Origin: Acidimicrobiia bacterium
GTDB taxonomy: Bacteria > Actinomycetota > Acidimicrobiia > Spongiisociales > UBA5794
Direction of reading: 5' to 3'
Assembly (NCBI GenBank): GCA_030598905.1
Contig: JAUVPA010000001.1
Coordinates: 1-26,160 of the forward strand
Length of the DNA: 26,160 nt
Shown here one piece after another: positions 1-9,379 of the stretch (the first letter of the stretch is position 1; each line of letters starts with the position of its first letter). Both the position numbers and the translations under genes were made by a program. Under the pieces are notes generated by a model. It saw nothing but the letters and a program-made list of their open reading frames with translations, did no database searches and was not told the DNA's origin.

Positions 1-2
1 TC

Positions 3-908
3 GCCGAGTCCCTCGTGAACCTCGCCCAATCCGCTCAGTCCGGACAAGCTGTCGTCGCCACGTCTGCGGTCATGGGTTCAACGATCACTTGGCTCCCGCA
101 GGAGGGTTCGATCATCGAACAAGGCGGAGTCCTCTACGCCGTCGACGACAGACCGGTCGTCCTCTTCTATGGCGAGGCTCCCGCATACCGCGCCATGTCG
201 CTCGGCGATAGCGGCAGCGATGTCGAACAGCTCGAGAAGGCACTCGTCGCACTCGGATACGGCGATGCCGAATCACATCTCGTCGATGGTGTGTACGACG
301 AGCAGACAACGGCGGCGGTCGTTGCCTGGCAGTCCGAAATCGGTGCCCACACCGACGGTGTCGTGAACCTCGGCGAGGTCGTGTTCTTGCCCGAAGCACT
401 TCGCGTGGGGGATGTCCTCGTGGCAACAGGCGACGCTGCGCAAAATGGAACGCCGATTCTCACGACTTCGGCGAGCTCCACCTTCGTGACGGTCCAGCTG
501 TCGACGTCGGACCAGGACCTCGTTGCGGTCGGCGATGCCGTGGTTGTGGAGCTGCCCGACGGCGAACAGGTGTCGGCGACAGTGACCGAGATCGGCACCG
601 TCGCCCAGGCCAACCAAGCTGGTGACAGCTTCTTTGAGATGACAGTGACGCTGGATGATCCCGAGGCAGCACTGGGTCTCGACGAGGCTCCCGTCGATGT
701 CGAGATCGTGAGTGATCGAGCAGACGGGGTGCTCGCCGTGCCGGTCACGGCTCTCCTTGCCCTTTCCGAGGGCGGATACGCCGTCGAGGTCACCACCGAA
801 AACGGATCGACCACATTCATCGGAGTCGAGGAGGGACTGTTCGCCGACGGCTTCGTGGAGGTCACCAGTGCTCAACTGGCCGACGGCATGCGAGTCGTGG
901 TTCCGTGA
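3..908 (+). CDS. Efflux periplasmic adaptor (membrane fusion protein-like) with peptidoglycan-binding domain; 5'-partial
   Basis: PG-binding-1-like segment [16 protein letters not shown]...[16 protein letters not shown], lipoyl/beta-barrel-like flanks and a C-terminal LAVPVTALL...[10 protein letters not shown] segment. The frame is open to the window edge. It precedes an ABC ATPase and permease with 4-bp overlaps. Confidence 0.85.
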   Translation, partial: AESLVNLAQSAQSGQAVVATSAVMGSTITWLPQEGSIIEQGGVLYAVDDRPVVLFYGEAPAYRAMSLGDSGSDVEQLEKALVALGYGDAESHLVDGVYDEQTTAAVVAWQSEIGAHTDGVVNLGEVVFLPEALRVGDVLVATGDAAQNGTPILTTSASSTFVTVQLSTSDQDLVAVGDAVVVELPDGEQVSATVTEIGTVAQANQAGDSFFEMTVTLDDPEAALGLDEAPVDVEIVSDRADGVLAVPVTALLALSEGGYAVEVTTENGSTTFIGVEEGLFADGFVEVTSAQLADGMRVVVP

Positions 909-1618
909 ACTTGCCGGACGACAAGGCTGTGGCTGCGAAGGCCCTCGCCCTCGATGACGTCTCGAAGGTCTATCCGGGTACACCCCCCGTCGAGGCGCTG
1001 CGGAGTGTCAGCCTCGCAATCGAAGACGGAGAGCTGGTGGTCGTCGTCGGGCCGTCTGGATCCGGGAAGTCGACGCTCCTCCATGTCATGGGCACACTCG
1101 ACCGCGCGTCTTCGGGTGCAACATACGTCGCCGGATTCAACATCTCCCAGCTCAGCGACAAGAAGCTCTCCGCACTCCGTTCCCAGCACATCGGCTTCGT
1201 GTTCCAGCAGTTCTTCCTGCTTGCCGGCGAAACGGCCCTCGACAACGTCGCAGACGGAATGTTGTACACGGGAATGCCGCTCTCGCAGCGGCGGGACCTG
1301 GCCCGACTCGCCCTCGATCGAGTGGGGCTCGGACATCGGGCCGACTTCATGGCCACCAAACTTTCGGGAGGCGAACGGCAGCGGGTCGCCATCGCGCGAG
1401 CGCTGATCGGCAGCCCGCGAATCGTGCTGGCCGATGAACCAACCGGCAACCTCGACAGCAAAACGGGGGCCGCGATCGTCGAGCTACTCGAAGAGCTGAA
1501 CGCCGAAGGAACCACGATCGTGGTGATCACCCACGACCGCGACATCGCCGAGCATTTTCCCCGACAGATCTCGCTCCTCGACGGTGCGATCGAACAAGAC
1601 ACGGCAGTGTCCGTATGA
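905..1618 (+). CDS. ABC transporter ATP-binding protein (MacB/LolD-like)
   Basis: Walker [10 protein letters not shown], signature [15 protein letters not shown], Walker B/D-loop [11 protein letters not shown]-loop ITHD. GTGA overlap with the upstream gene. Confidence 0.95.
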   Translation: MNLPDDKAVAAKALALDDVSKVYPGTPPVEALRSVSLAIEDGELVVVVGPSGSGKSTLLHVMGTLDRASSGATYVAGFNISQLSDKKLSALRSQHIGFVFQQFFLLAGETALDNVADGMLYTGMPLSQRRDLARLALDRVGLGHRADFMATKLSGGERQRVAIARALIGSPRIVLADEPTGNLDSKTGAAIVELLEELNAEGTTIVVITHDRDIAEHFPRQISLLDGAIEQDTAVSV

Positions 1619-2820
1619 AGACCGAAACCATCGCGCCCTCGAAGCTCGCTCCGGCCGACACCGTGCGAGCAGCCGGCATAGGGCTACGGACTCGTCGCCT
1701 GCGAAGCATTCTCTCCGCCCTCGGCATCATGATCGGAATCGGTGCCATGGTCGCCGTCCTCGGCCTCTCGGAGAGTTCCAAGTCCGATCTGCTCGCCCAG
1801 CTCGATCGCCTCGGAACCAACATGCTCCAGGTCCAGGCAGGCACAGGAATCGGGCTCGGCCCGGGGGTCCTCCCCGACGACTCGCCCGCAATGGTGACAC
1901 GAATCGGGCCCGTGGCGACGGTTGCCTCGGTTTCCGACGTGGCCAGCGCCCGCGTCTACAAGAACGATCTCGTGCCTACAGGTCAGACGGGTGGGCTGAG
2001 CGTCCTCGCCGTGGACACCAATCTCTTGGAAGCGCTCCAGGGTTCGATGGCGCACGGTTTCTTCCTCGATGAAGCGACCCCCGACTATCCGGTAACAGTT
2101 CTTGGTGCTGTGGCTGCACAGCGGCTGGGCATTTCGAGCCTCGACACACCAACGGCCGTGTGGCTCGGAGGTGAATGGTTCGCAGTCGTGGGGATCATGG
2201 GCTCCCTCGAACTGTCCCCAGACCTCGACAGGGCGGCGCTGGTGAGTCACGGCGCAGCAGAAACGTACCTGCAGGAGGAATTGGTTCCTTCGACGATCTA
2301 CGTGCGAACGGATCCGTCGCAAATCGACGAAGTCCGCAATGTCATGGCTGCAACGGTGAACCCGGAGAATCCCGATCAGGTCGAAGTCACGCGACCCTCC
2401 GACGCCCTCGAAGCAAGGGAAGCGGCAGAGTCCGCCCTGACGAACCTCTTCCTCGGCCTGGGCGCCGTCGCACTTCTCGTCGGTGGCGTCGGCATCGCCA
2501 ACGTGATGGTGATCTCGGTTCTGGAACGGCGGGGGGAGATCGGTTTGCGGAGAGCCCTCGGGGCGACCCGCCGCCACATCTCGATCCAGTTCCTCGGAGA
2601 GTCTCTACTCCTCGCCGCCATCGGAGGCGTTGGTGGCGTCCTTCTCGGCGTAGCCGTCACCGCCGGATACTCAATGATCCAGGGGTGGAGCGTTTTGATC
2701 CCGATGGTCGCCGTTGTCGGCGGAATCGTTGCCGCCCTGGCCATTGGGGCAATTGCCGGGTTGTATCCGGCAACGCGGGCAGCCCGCGTCTCTCCAACGG
2801 AGGCCCTGCGAACGCTGTAG
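1615..2820 (+). CDS. ABC transporter permease (MacB/FtsX family)
   Basis: N-terminal [16 protein letters not shown] helix, extracytoplasmic domain, then [28 protein letters not shown] and [20 protein letters not shown] overlap. Confidence 0.93.
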   Translation: MKTETIAPSKLAPADTVRAAGIGLRTRRLRSILSALGIMIGIGAMVAVLGLSESSKSDLLAQLDRLGTNMLQVQAGTGIGLGPGVLPDDSPAMVTRIGPVATVASVSDVASARVYKNDLVPTGQTGGLSVLAVDTNLLEALQGSMAHGFFLDEATPDYPVTVLGAVAAQRLGISSLDTPTAVWLGGEWFAVVGIMGSLELSPDLDRAALVSHGAAETYLQEELVPSTIYVRTDPSQIDEVRNVMAATVNPENPDQVEVTRPSDALEAREAAESALTNLFLGLGAVALLVGGVGIANVMVISVLERRGEIGLRRALGATRRHISIQFLGESLLLAAIGGVGGVLLGVAVTAGYSMIQGWSVLIPMVAVVGGIVAALAIGAIAGLYPATRAARVSPTEALRTL

Positions 2821-2830
2821 TTGCCAGTTG

Positions 2831-4081
2831 TCAGTTGTCAGCCAGACTTGTTACTTCCTCCAGCCGTTGCCGGAGAAACGCTCGTTCTCTTTCGTTCTCT
2901 GTGAGGTCGATCGCGGTGCGGTAGGCAGAGGCAGCGTCGACACTCCGGCCGGCCCGTCGCAGTAGCTCGGCCCGAGCTGAATGAAAGAGGTGGTAACGAT
3001 TCAGGCGGCCATCCTCACCGAGGCGTTCGATCATCTCGAGGCCCCGATCGGGGCCTTCGGCCATCGCCAGAGCCACCGCGCGGTTCAGCTCAACCACCGG
3101 TGTGGGCTGGACGCGACCGAGCTGTTCGTAGAGCCAGGAAATGTGCACCCAGTCGGTCTCAGCCGCGGACGCGGCAGTCGCGTGGGCGAGCGCAATCGAG
3201 GCCTGTATCTGATACGGACCAACCTCACCCGCCTCGAGTGCACGGCGGACGTGGCCCGCGCCGGTCTCGATCTGGTCTCTGTCCCATCGCTTTCGGTCCT
3301 GTTTCTCGAGGGTGATCAACTCGCCGTCGGCACCGACTCTGGCCGGTCGGCGCGCATCATGGAGCAACATCAGGGCGAGCAGCCCGCGGGCTTCGGCTTC
3401 CTCCGGCATGAGCTGCACGAGCAATTCACCCAGGCTGATCGCCTCGGCACACAGATCCTCCCGAATCAGCTCGCCACCCTCCGTGACTGCGTAGCCCTCG
3501 TTGAAGATCAGATAGACGATGTGGAGAACCTGCTGCAGCCGCTCTTCAACGAGCTCCGGGGGTGGCACCCGGAACGGAATGCCGGCCCGCTCGATCTTAC
3601 GCTTGGCGCGAGTGAGCCGCTGCGCCATGGTCGTCTCGAGAACCATGAACGCCCGGGCGATCTCGCGCGTCGTGAGGCCACCCACAGCCCGCAACGTCAA
3701 GGCGATTTGGCCTTCCGGCGCAAGGGATGGGTGGCAGCACATGAACAGCAGCGCCAGCCGATCGTCTCCAGCTTCCAGATCGCCGATTTCCTCGCCGGAG
3801 ACCACGTGATCGAACGCGACGAGGTGTGCCTTGCGAGCGAAGGTCTGCTCGCGACGCAGTCGGTCGAGGGCCTTGCGGCGCGCCGTTGTGGTGACCCAGG
3901 CTCCTGGACTGTCCGGTATGCCGTCCGTCGGCCATCGGTCCATGGCGGCGATGAAGGCTTCCTGGACAGCCTCTTCCGCTAGACCGAAGTCGCCGAACGA
4001 CCTGGTGAGCGTTGCCGTTGCCTTTCCGGCCTCTTCGCGAAAGACGACGGCAATCTCACGCTCCATCGGCGCCGTGCTCAC
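2831..4081 (-). CDS. ECF sigma factor with TPR-like C-terminal extension (ECF42 type)
   Basis: Region 2 (AEEAVQEAF...W...GIPDSPGAWVTTTARRKALD), region 4 (LTLRAVGGLTTREIARAF), and an extension of about 200 aa (GPYQIQASIA, PVVELNRAVA, YHLFHSARAELL). The GTG start at 4081 overlaps the DGPF gene stop (GTGA); ATG at 4066 is an alternative start. Confidence 0.9.
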   Translation of the reverse strand: MSTAPMEREIAVVFREEAGKATATLTRSFGDFGLAEEAVQEAFIAAMDRWPTDGIPDSPGAWVTTTARRKALDRLRREQTFARKAHLVAFDHVVSGEEIGDLEAGDDRLALLFMCCHPSLAPEGQIALTLRAVGGLTTREIARAFMVLETTMAQRLTRAKRKIERAGIPFRVPPPELVEERLQQVLHIVYLIFNEGYAVTEGGELIREDLCAEAISLGELLVQLMPEEAEARGLLALMLLHDARRPARVGADGELITLEKQDRKRWDRDQIETGAGHVRRALEAGEVGPYQIQASIALAHATAASAAETDWVHISWLYEQLGRVQPTPVVELNRAVALAMAEGPDRGLEMIERLGEDGRLNRYHLFHSARAELLRRAGRSVDAASAYRTAIDLTENERERAFLRQRLEEVTSLADN

Positions 4082-4446
4082 TCGGCGACCTGGTACTCCT
4101 CGGGGACATTCCACAGCGGCCGCACCTCGACGGAACCCTGGTGCACGATCGGGATCTTCGCCGCCCATCCGATGGCCTCATCGATGTTGTCACACTCGAC
4201 CAGGTAGAAACCGCCCAGCACCTCTTTCGTCTCGGCGAAAGGACCGTCGCTGGTGATGACCTTCCCGTCCCGTACACGGACGGTGGTCGCCGTTGCGATC
4301 TCGTCGAGGGCTTCGCCGCCCCGCATCGCCCCGGCGTCAACGACTTCCTGGGTGAACTCCTGCCACAGCTTCATGCTGGCCGCCGTCTCGTCGTCCGACC
4401 GTGGCTCGGCCATCGGTTCCGTATAGATGAGCAGTGCATATTGCAA
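4078..4446 (-). CDS. YciI/DGPF-family protein
   Basis: Motif TSDGPFAETKEVLGGFY, N-terminal QYALLIY and C-terminal GSVEVRP. TTG start at 4446 with SD GGAGGAG 6 nt upstream. This is the C-terminal 122 aa of the track ORF 4078..5070. Confidence 0.9.
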   Translation of the reverse strand: MQYALLIYTEPMAEPRSDDETAASMKLWQEFTQEVVDAGAMRGGEALDEIATATTVRVRDGKVITSDGPFAETKEVLGGFYLVECDNIDEAIGWAAKIPIVHQGSVEVRPLWNVPEEYQVAE

Positions 4447-4498
4447 GAGCGTCTCCTCCCGTGACTTGCGGCGGACGATCCGCCTCCGACATCCAATC

Positions 4499-4525
4499 GA
4501 CGAACAGCCGGCAGCCGTGTCGACA
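4499..4525 (-). promoter_or_regulatory. ECF42-type promoter (TGTCGA-N17-CGTC) for the DGPF-sigma operon
   Basis: The minus strand reads TGTCGA CACGGCTGCCGGCTGTT CGTC, 52 nt upstream of the DGPF start. It matches the -35 TGTCGA / -10 CG(A/T)C motif I recall for Streptomyces ECF42 targets, which are DGPF genes. Confidence 0.7.
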
Positions 4526-4581
4526 TCATTCTCGCCGGCGCCACCGACAGATTCTCCACCGTATGGGAGACTCCCGACACC

Positions 4582-5712
4582 ATGACCGACGACGTGGCTT
4601 CCCACGACACCGACGCGGGGATCCCCGCCAAGAAGCCGTCGCGCACGCGCCAGATCATCCAGGGCCTCATCACCCTGACGGTTCTCGTCCTCGTCTTCGG
4701 CTTCGTTTTCCCCAAGCTCGCGAACTATGAAGCGGTCCTCGACCACATCCAAGACATCGATCCTCGGGAGTGGTTCATCTTGATCGCTCTGGCGGCGGCC
4801 GTGCTGCTGGCTTACATGCCGGTGTTGATGTCGGCCCTGCGCACCCTCAAGTTCAAAGAGGCATACGTGGCGCAAACCACAGCCCAGGTCGTCAACAACT
4901 CCCTGCCCGCAGGTGGAGCGATCGCGCTGCCGCTCCAGTACGCGATGTACATGTCGTGGGGGTTCACGCCGGAAGCATTCACGTCGACGCTGATCGCCGT
5001 CGGTATCTGGGATCAGTTCGCCCGCTTCGGGATTCCGATCCTCGCGCTCGCGATCGGTGCCATCACTCAAGATACCGAAGCGTGGATGTGGGCCGTCGCC
5101 ATCGGCGGTGTGGTGCTGATCGTCGTCGCACTACTCGTCCTTCGAGCCATCTTCAGGAACGAAAACCTGGCGAGGAACATCGGAGGCTGGCTGGAGAGAT
5201 GGACGAACGAAGCGCTGGCGCTGGTCAAGCGAGATCCCATCAAGGTGGAACAGAGCGTGATGCAGTTCCGCGCCAACGCGATCGACGTGGTGCAGCATCG
5301 CTGGAAGCCGCTGACGCTCACGACGTTGATCAATCACATCCTCCAGGCGGCGCTGTTCGTGGCGTCGATCCGAGCCATCGGCGTCAGCTCGGACGAGGTG
5401 TCCACCGTCTGGGTGATCGCGGCATTCGCTCTCGGGCGCCTGTTGACGATGATCCCTGTGAGCCCGGGTGGTTTGGGCCTCGTCGACCTCGGCTGGATCG
5501 GTCTCCTGACGGCCGGATGGAACCCGGCGGCCGGACCGGTGAACCATGACCTGCTCGCCGCAGGCACATTGTTGTTCCGAGCCCTCACCTATCTGCCGCC
5601 TATCCCCCTCGGGCTCATCTCCTGGGTGTTCTATCGCATGAAGAGGAGCTGGCGCCAGGACTGGCACGTCCTTCGGCGCGGTGAGTGGGACCGGGTCACA
5701 GATTCTTCGTAA
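4582..5712 (+). CDS. Lysylphosphatidylglycerol-synthase TM-region / flippase-like integral membrane protein (UPF0104-like)
   Basis: About 8 hydrophobic helices, NNSLPAGGA, and LTMIPVSPGGLGLVDLG...LLFRALTYLPPIPLG typical of this family. No fused catalytic domain. Confidence 0.75.
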   Translation: MTDDVASHDTDAGIPAKKPSRTRQIIQGLITLTVLVLVFGFVFPKLANYEAVLDHIQDIDPREWFILIALAAAVLLAYMPVLMSALRTLKFKEAYVAQTTAQVVNNSLPAGGAIALPLQYAMYMSWGFTPEAFTSTLIAVGIWDQFARFGIPILALAIGAITQDTEAWMWAVAIGGVVLIVVALLVLRAIFRNENLARNIGGWLERWTNEALALVKRDPIKVEQSVMQFRANAIDVVQHRWKPLTLTTLINHILQAALFVASIRAIGVSSDEVSTVWVIAAFALGRLLTMIPVSPGGLGLVDLGWIGLLTAGWNPAAGPVNHDLLAAGTLLFRALTYLPPIPLGLISWVFYRMKRSWRQDWHVLRRGEWDRVTDSS

Positions 5713-5729
5713 TTGCCAGTCGAGAGAGC

Positions 5730-6221
5730 TCAGAGGATCCAAAGTGCGGCGAGGACGAACAGGCCCACCACCACCCCACCGGTGAGGACGGTGAACAGCG
5801 CGCGGCCCGTCGTGAAGTCCATTCCCTCACGGATAGCGAAGACCGAGGCCACCAGCGCCCAGACATATCCGACGACGTCGAGCCGCGGCACGATCCCAAT
5901 CACCAGTGGTGCCTGGGCAAACCCAAGGACGCGAAGCATCTGACCGAGATCGGCAGTGCCGCGATAGAGGCGGGTGCCGATCACCATCGCGATTGCCGAC
6001 CACGCAACCCAACCTGCCGTTCCACCGACAACGGCCCAGATGATGCCCAATGCAGTCGACCACGACGTCTCGGCGAGCCAATTCCCGATGCCGACCGCTG
6101 TCCAACCAACCAGGACCACTACCAGGGCTCTCCTCGTATAAGACCTGTCGTATTCGATCTGGTTGTAGAACGACAGATCGAACCGGGCAGCGCGGATCGC
6201 ACCCTTCACGAGGTCGATCAT
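5730..6221 (-). CDS. Yip1-family membrane protein
   Basis: 163 aa with about 5 TM segments, GTADLGQMLRVLGFAQAP motif, and a preceding FYNQIEYD acidic segment. Lies 14 nt downstream of the dehalogenase stop with a GAGG SD. Confidence 0.7.
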   Translation of the reverse strand: MIDLVKGAIRAARFDLSFYNQIEYDRSYTRRALVVVLVGWTAVGIGNWLAETSWSTALGIIWAVVGGTAGWVAWSAIAMVIGTRLYRGTADLGQMLRVLGFAQAPLVIGIVPRLDVVGYVWALVASVFAIREGMDFTTGRALFTVLTGGVVVGLFVLAALWIL

Positions 6222-6235
6222 GGCCTCAGCTCACC

Positions 6236-7084
6236 TCAGAGTCCCAGGTACCAGGTCCTGATCGCGGCTCCAATCTCGGCGGAGGAATCCTCCTGTATGA
6301 AGTGGATTCCTGCCACGGTCGTCTCGACCTGGTTCGGCCACGCCCTGCAGAAGTCTCGCTGCGGACCTGTCAGGATGGCGCCCGGGTCGGCATCGACGAA
6401 GAGCTTCGGCACCTCCGACCCGGAGAGCCACGACGAGTACTCCGCGACGACCTTCGCAACGTCGGCGGGGTGGCCGTCGATCGGGATCTCGCGCGGCCAT
6501 GTCAGCATCGGGCGCCGTGATTCACCCGGCTCGAGGTACGGGCGCCGGTACTCCGCCATTTCCTCCTCGGTCAGATCACGAAGGACCGAGCCGGGCAGAA
6601 TCCGCTCGACGAAGACATTCTTCTCGAGAACGATCTCCTCCCCCGCGTCTGAGCGCATTGCCTCGAACAGGCGGCGAGATGCGTCCGGCCACTCCTCCCA
6701 GCTCAATGGACGAACGATCGCTTCCATGTATGCGATTCCTTTGACCCGGTCGCGGTGCCGGTTCGCCCAGTCGAAGCCGAGTGCAGAGCCCCAGTCGTGC
6801 ACCACAACCGTCACATCGTCTCCGATGTCCACCGCATCGAGGAAACCATCCAGGTACCGCCGGTGATCCTCGAAGCGGTACATCGACGACTCGAGCTTGT
6901 CGGAATCGCCCATCCCGATCAGGTCCGGAGCCACACATCGGGCGACGTCCGTCACAAAAGGCATCACGCCCCTCCACAGATACGACGACGTCGGGTTGCC
7001 GTGAAGAAACAGAACGGAATCACCCTGGCCCGTGTCGACATAGGCCATCTCCGCGTTGTACACACGGACACGTTTCTTGTCCAT
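6236..7084 (-). CDS. Haloalkane dehalogenase, HLD-II (LinB/DhaA-like) subfamily
   Basis: LFLHGNPTSSYLWR (halide-binding Asn), APDLIGMGDSDK, nucleophile elbow HDWGSALG, catalytic acid YMEAIV, catalytic His GIHFIQED. ATG at 7084 chosen because a TACGCT -10 lies 7 nt upstream; ATG at 7117 is an alternative. Confidence 0.93.
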   Translation of the reverse strand: MDKKRVRVYNAEMAYVDTGQGDSVLFLHGNPTSSYLWRGVMPFVTDVARCVAPDLIGMGDSDKLESSMYRFEDHRRYLDGFLDAVDIGDDVTVVVHDWGSALGFDWANRHRDRVKGIAYMEAIVRPLSWEEWPDASRRLFEAMRSDAGEEIVLEKNVFVERILPGSVLRDLTEEEMAEYRRPYLEPGESRRPMLTWPREIPIDGHPADVAKVVAEYSSWLSGSEVPKLFVDADPGAILTGPQRDFCRAWPNQVETTVAGIHFIQEDSSAEIGAAIRTWYLGL

Positions 7085-7091
7085 TTCGGCG

Positions 7092-7097
7092 AGCGTA
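7092..7097 (-). promoter_or_regulatory. -10 element for leaderless dehalogenase mRNA
   Basis: Minus strand TACGCT-CGCCGAA-ATG (TAnnnT-N7-ATG), the typical geometry of actinobacterial leaderless transcripts. Confidence 0.55.
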
Positions 7098-7132
7098 GCG
7101 GCGATCCCCACCTGCATTAGCCTCCCCGCACA

Positions 7133-9379
7133 ATGGCGGACACGATGAGCGACGCACACAGAAAGGTGATTGGTGCAGCCAGCTACAGCGCAGATGTCTC
7201 CATTCCCGGGCTCACTCATGCTCGCGTCCTGCTGAGCTCGTTCGCCGCCGCCGCCATTGGATCGATAGACACGACCGAAGCTGAGTCCGCTCCTGGCGTA
7301 CTCGGAGTCTTCACAGCGGCGAACCTTCCCACCGCCGGTCAACCAGCCCGCGATCGCAACTCCGCGATCCTGGCGACCGACCGGGTGGTGTGGCAAGGTC
7401 AACCAGTCGCGGCGGTAGTTGCAGCCTCCGAAGCCGCTGCAGCTGACGCGGTCCGAAAGATCCGCGTGGAATACACACCGAGCGACCCGGTCACCAACAT
7501 CTCCACCGCCGCGGAGCCGGGCTCCAAGCTCGTCTGGCCCCTCCCCGTCGAGCGCGGGGAAGGAGCATCCGCCGAAGTCCACGCCGGAGGCGCTGCTTCG
7601 TCTCATACCGAGGACGTCTCGCGAGGAAACATCTCGGCAACCGAGCACTTCACTCGAGGCTCCATCGACGAGGGGCTGGGTGAAGCAGACAAGGTCGTCA
7701 CCCTCACGCTGCGAACCGAGGCGGTGCACCAGGCATACCTCGAACCACATTCGGTTATCGCGGTCGTGGATCCTGTCGACGGGACTCTGACGCTCTACAC
7801 AGCAACCCAGAGCCTGTTCGGCACGAGAAACGGCGTCTCACGCCTCCTGGGAGTGCCGAGAGAAAAGGTCCGAATCGTCCCGGTGGCAATGGGAGGTGGG
7901 TTCGGCGCCCGCTACGGCATCTTCGAACCGCTTGCCGGTGCCCTGGCGATGGCAACGAACCGGCCCGTGAGACTGGCGGTCACACGCATCGAGGACTTCG
8001 CCAGCACTACTCCAGCCCCTGCCACCGAGTTTCGCGTCACGGCCGGCGGAACCTACGACGGCCGTCTCACCGCCCTGCAGGCTGAGATCCTGGCGGAGTC
8101 GGGCGCCTTCGCCGCGGGACTCGCCGGATTGATAGGGAATCTGTTCGCCAGCGTCTACCGAAGTCCGCACATCGATGTCGTCAGCCACGAAGTGCTGACC
8201 AACAAGTCGATGGTCGGGGCATATCGAGCACCTGGAGCGCCCCAGGCCGCATTTGCCCTCGAATCGCTCATGGACGAGCTGGCCCGTGCCCTCGGGGCCG
8301 ACCAGCTTCGCTTCCGTCTGGACAACGCGTGCCAGACGGGTGATCCGATGGGTAACGGCGACCCTTGGCCGCACATGGGGCTCTCCAAGGTCATCGAGCG
8401 CGCGATGAACCACCCACTGTGGAAGGCGAGGACCGAGACGGCTGCCGGCCGAGGTCTCGGCGTCGCCGTGGGTGGCTGGCCGGGTGGCACTGCGCCTGCT
8501 GCAGCCGTCTGTCGCGCCGACAGCGACGGGATGTTCTACCTCCACGTCGGTTCCATCGACATCACCGGCACCAACGTTGCTTTGCGTCGGATCGCCGCCG
8601 AGCAACTCGGCATCGACGAGTCGACAATTCGGGTCATCAACGGCGACTCGTCGACTGCGCCTCAATCGGGTCCGGCTGGGGGCTCGATGGTGACCTACAC
8701 CGTCGGCGCGGCAGTTCGGGAAGCGGCTGTGGGAGCACGCCAACAGATCCTTGAAATCGCCGCGAAACTACTCGAGGCCTCGGTGGACGACCTCGAGATT
8801 TCGCAAGGAGTCGTCCACGTCAAGGGCTCGCCTGGTTCGGAGATTCCCGTCACGAAGATCACATCCCAGGGAGCACGTCTCGGCGGGCGATTCGCGCCGA
8901 TCACGGCACACGGCCGCTCCGCCATCACAGACCAGTCGCCCGGATTCACCGTCCAGCTCGTTGAGGTCGACGTCGACACAGAGACCGGTGTTTATGAAGT
9001 CGTGCGCAACGTCGTCATCCAAGATGTCGGGCACGCGATCAGCCCGAGTCTGGTTGCAGGTCAGATGCACGGCGGAGCCGCTCAGGGCATCGGATGGGCG
9101 ACACAAGAGCAGCTCGCCTTCGATGAATCGGGAACAATGACGACGGGGACATTTTCCGAGTACCTGATCCCCGACGCGACACAGGTTCCCGCCATCGAAG
9201 CGATCATGGTGGACAACCCCTCACCGCACGGCCCGATGGGGGCACGCGGCGTCGCCGAAGCACCCATCGTGGCTGGACCGGCGGCCGTCGCCAACGCCGT
9301 TCGGGACGCGGTGGGCGCTCGGATCACCGAACTCCCGATCACGTCCGAACGAGTGTGGGCTGCAGTCCAACGTGAATAG
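7133..9379 (+). CDS. Xanthine dehydrogenase-family molybdopterin-binding (large) subunit
   Basis: KVIGAASYSAD, HQAYLEPH, ATQ, MGGGFG, AYRAPGAPQAAFALES, GQMHGGAAQGIG and terminal GARGVAEAP (catalytic Glu position). Start could be 7133 or 7145. Confidence 0.9.
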   Translation: MADTMSDAHRKVIGAASYSADVSIPGLTHARVLLSSFAAAAIGSIDTTEAESAPGVLGVFTAANLPTAGQPARDRNSAILATDRVVWQGQPVAAVVAASEAAAADAVRKIRVEYTPSDPVTNISTAAEPGSKLVWPLPVERGEGASAEVHAGGAASSHTEDVSRGNISATEHFTRGSIDEGLGEADKVVTLTLRTEAVHQAYLEPHSVIAVVDPVDGTLTLYTATQSLFGTRNGVSRLLGVPREKVRIVPVAMGGGFGARYGIFEPLAGALAMATNRPVRLAVTRIEDFASTTPAPATEFRVTAGGTYDGRLTALQAEILAESGAFAAGLAGLIGNLFASVYRSPHIDVVSHEVLTNKSMVGAYRAPGAPQAAFALESLMDELARALGADQLRFRLDNACQTGDPMGNGDPWPHMGLSKVIERAMNHPLWKARTETAAGRGLGVAVGGWPGGTAPAAAVCRADSDGMFYLHVGSIDITGTNVALRRIAAEQLGIDESTIRVINGDSSTAPQSGPAGGSMVTYTVGAAVREAAVGARQQILEIAAKLLEASVDDLEISQGVVHVKGSPGSEIPVTKITSQGARLGGRFAPITAHGRSAITDQSPGFTVQLVEVDVDTETGVYEVVRNVVIQDVGHAISPSLVAGQMHGGAAQGIGWATQEQLAFDESGTMTTGTFSEYLIPDATQVPAIEAIMVDNPSPHGPMGARGVAEAPIVAGPAAVANAVRDAVGARITELPITSERVWAAVQRE

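Noticed and set aside
2825-2841. CAGTTGT heptamer repeat
   Set aside because: Only about 2.5 copies at a convergent gene junction; too short to call.
4447-5070. N-terminal part of track ORF 4078..5070
   Set aside because: Shadow of the + strand membrane-protein gene; the true DGPF gene starts at TTG 4446 with a strong SD.
7085-7750. N-terminal 220-aa extension of the dehalogenase in the 504-aa track ORF
   Set aside because: It is antisense to the Mo-subunit gene; the dehalogenase homology and a leaderless -10 both begin at 7084.
7133-9379. Aerobic CO dehydrogenase large subunit (coxL)
   Set aside because: No AYxCSFR or AYRGAGR loop and no adjacent coxM/coxS.
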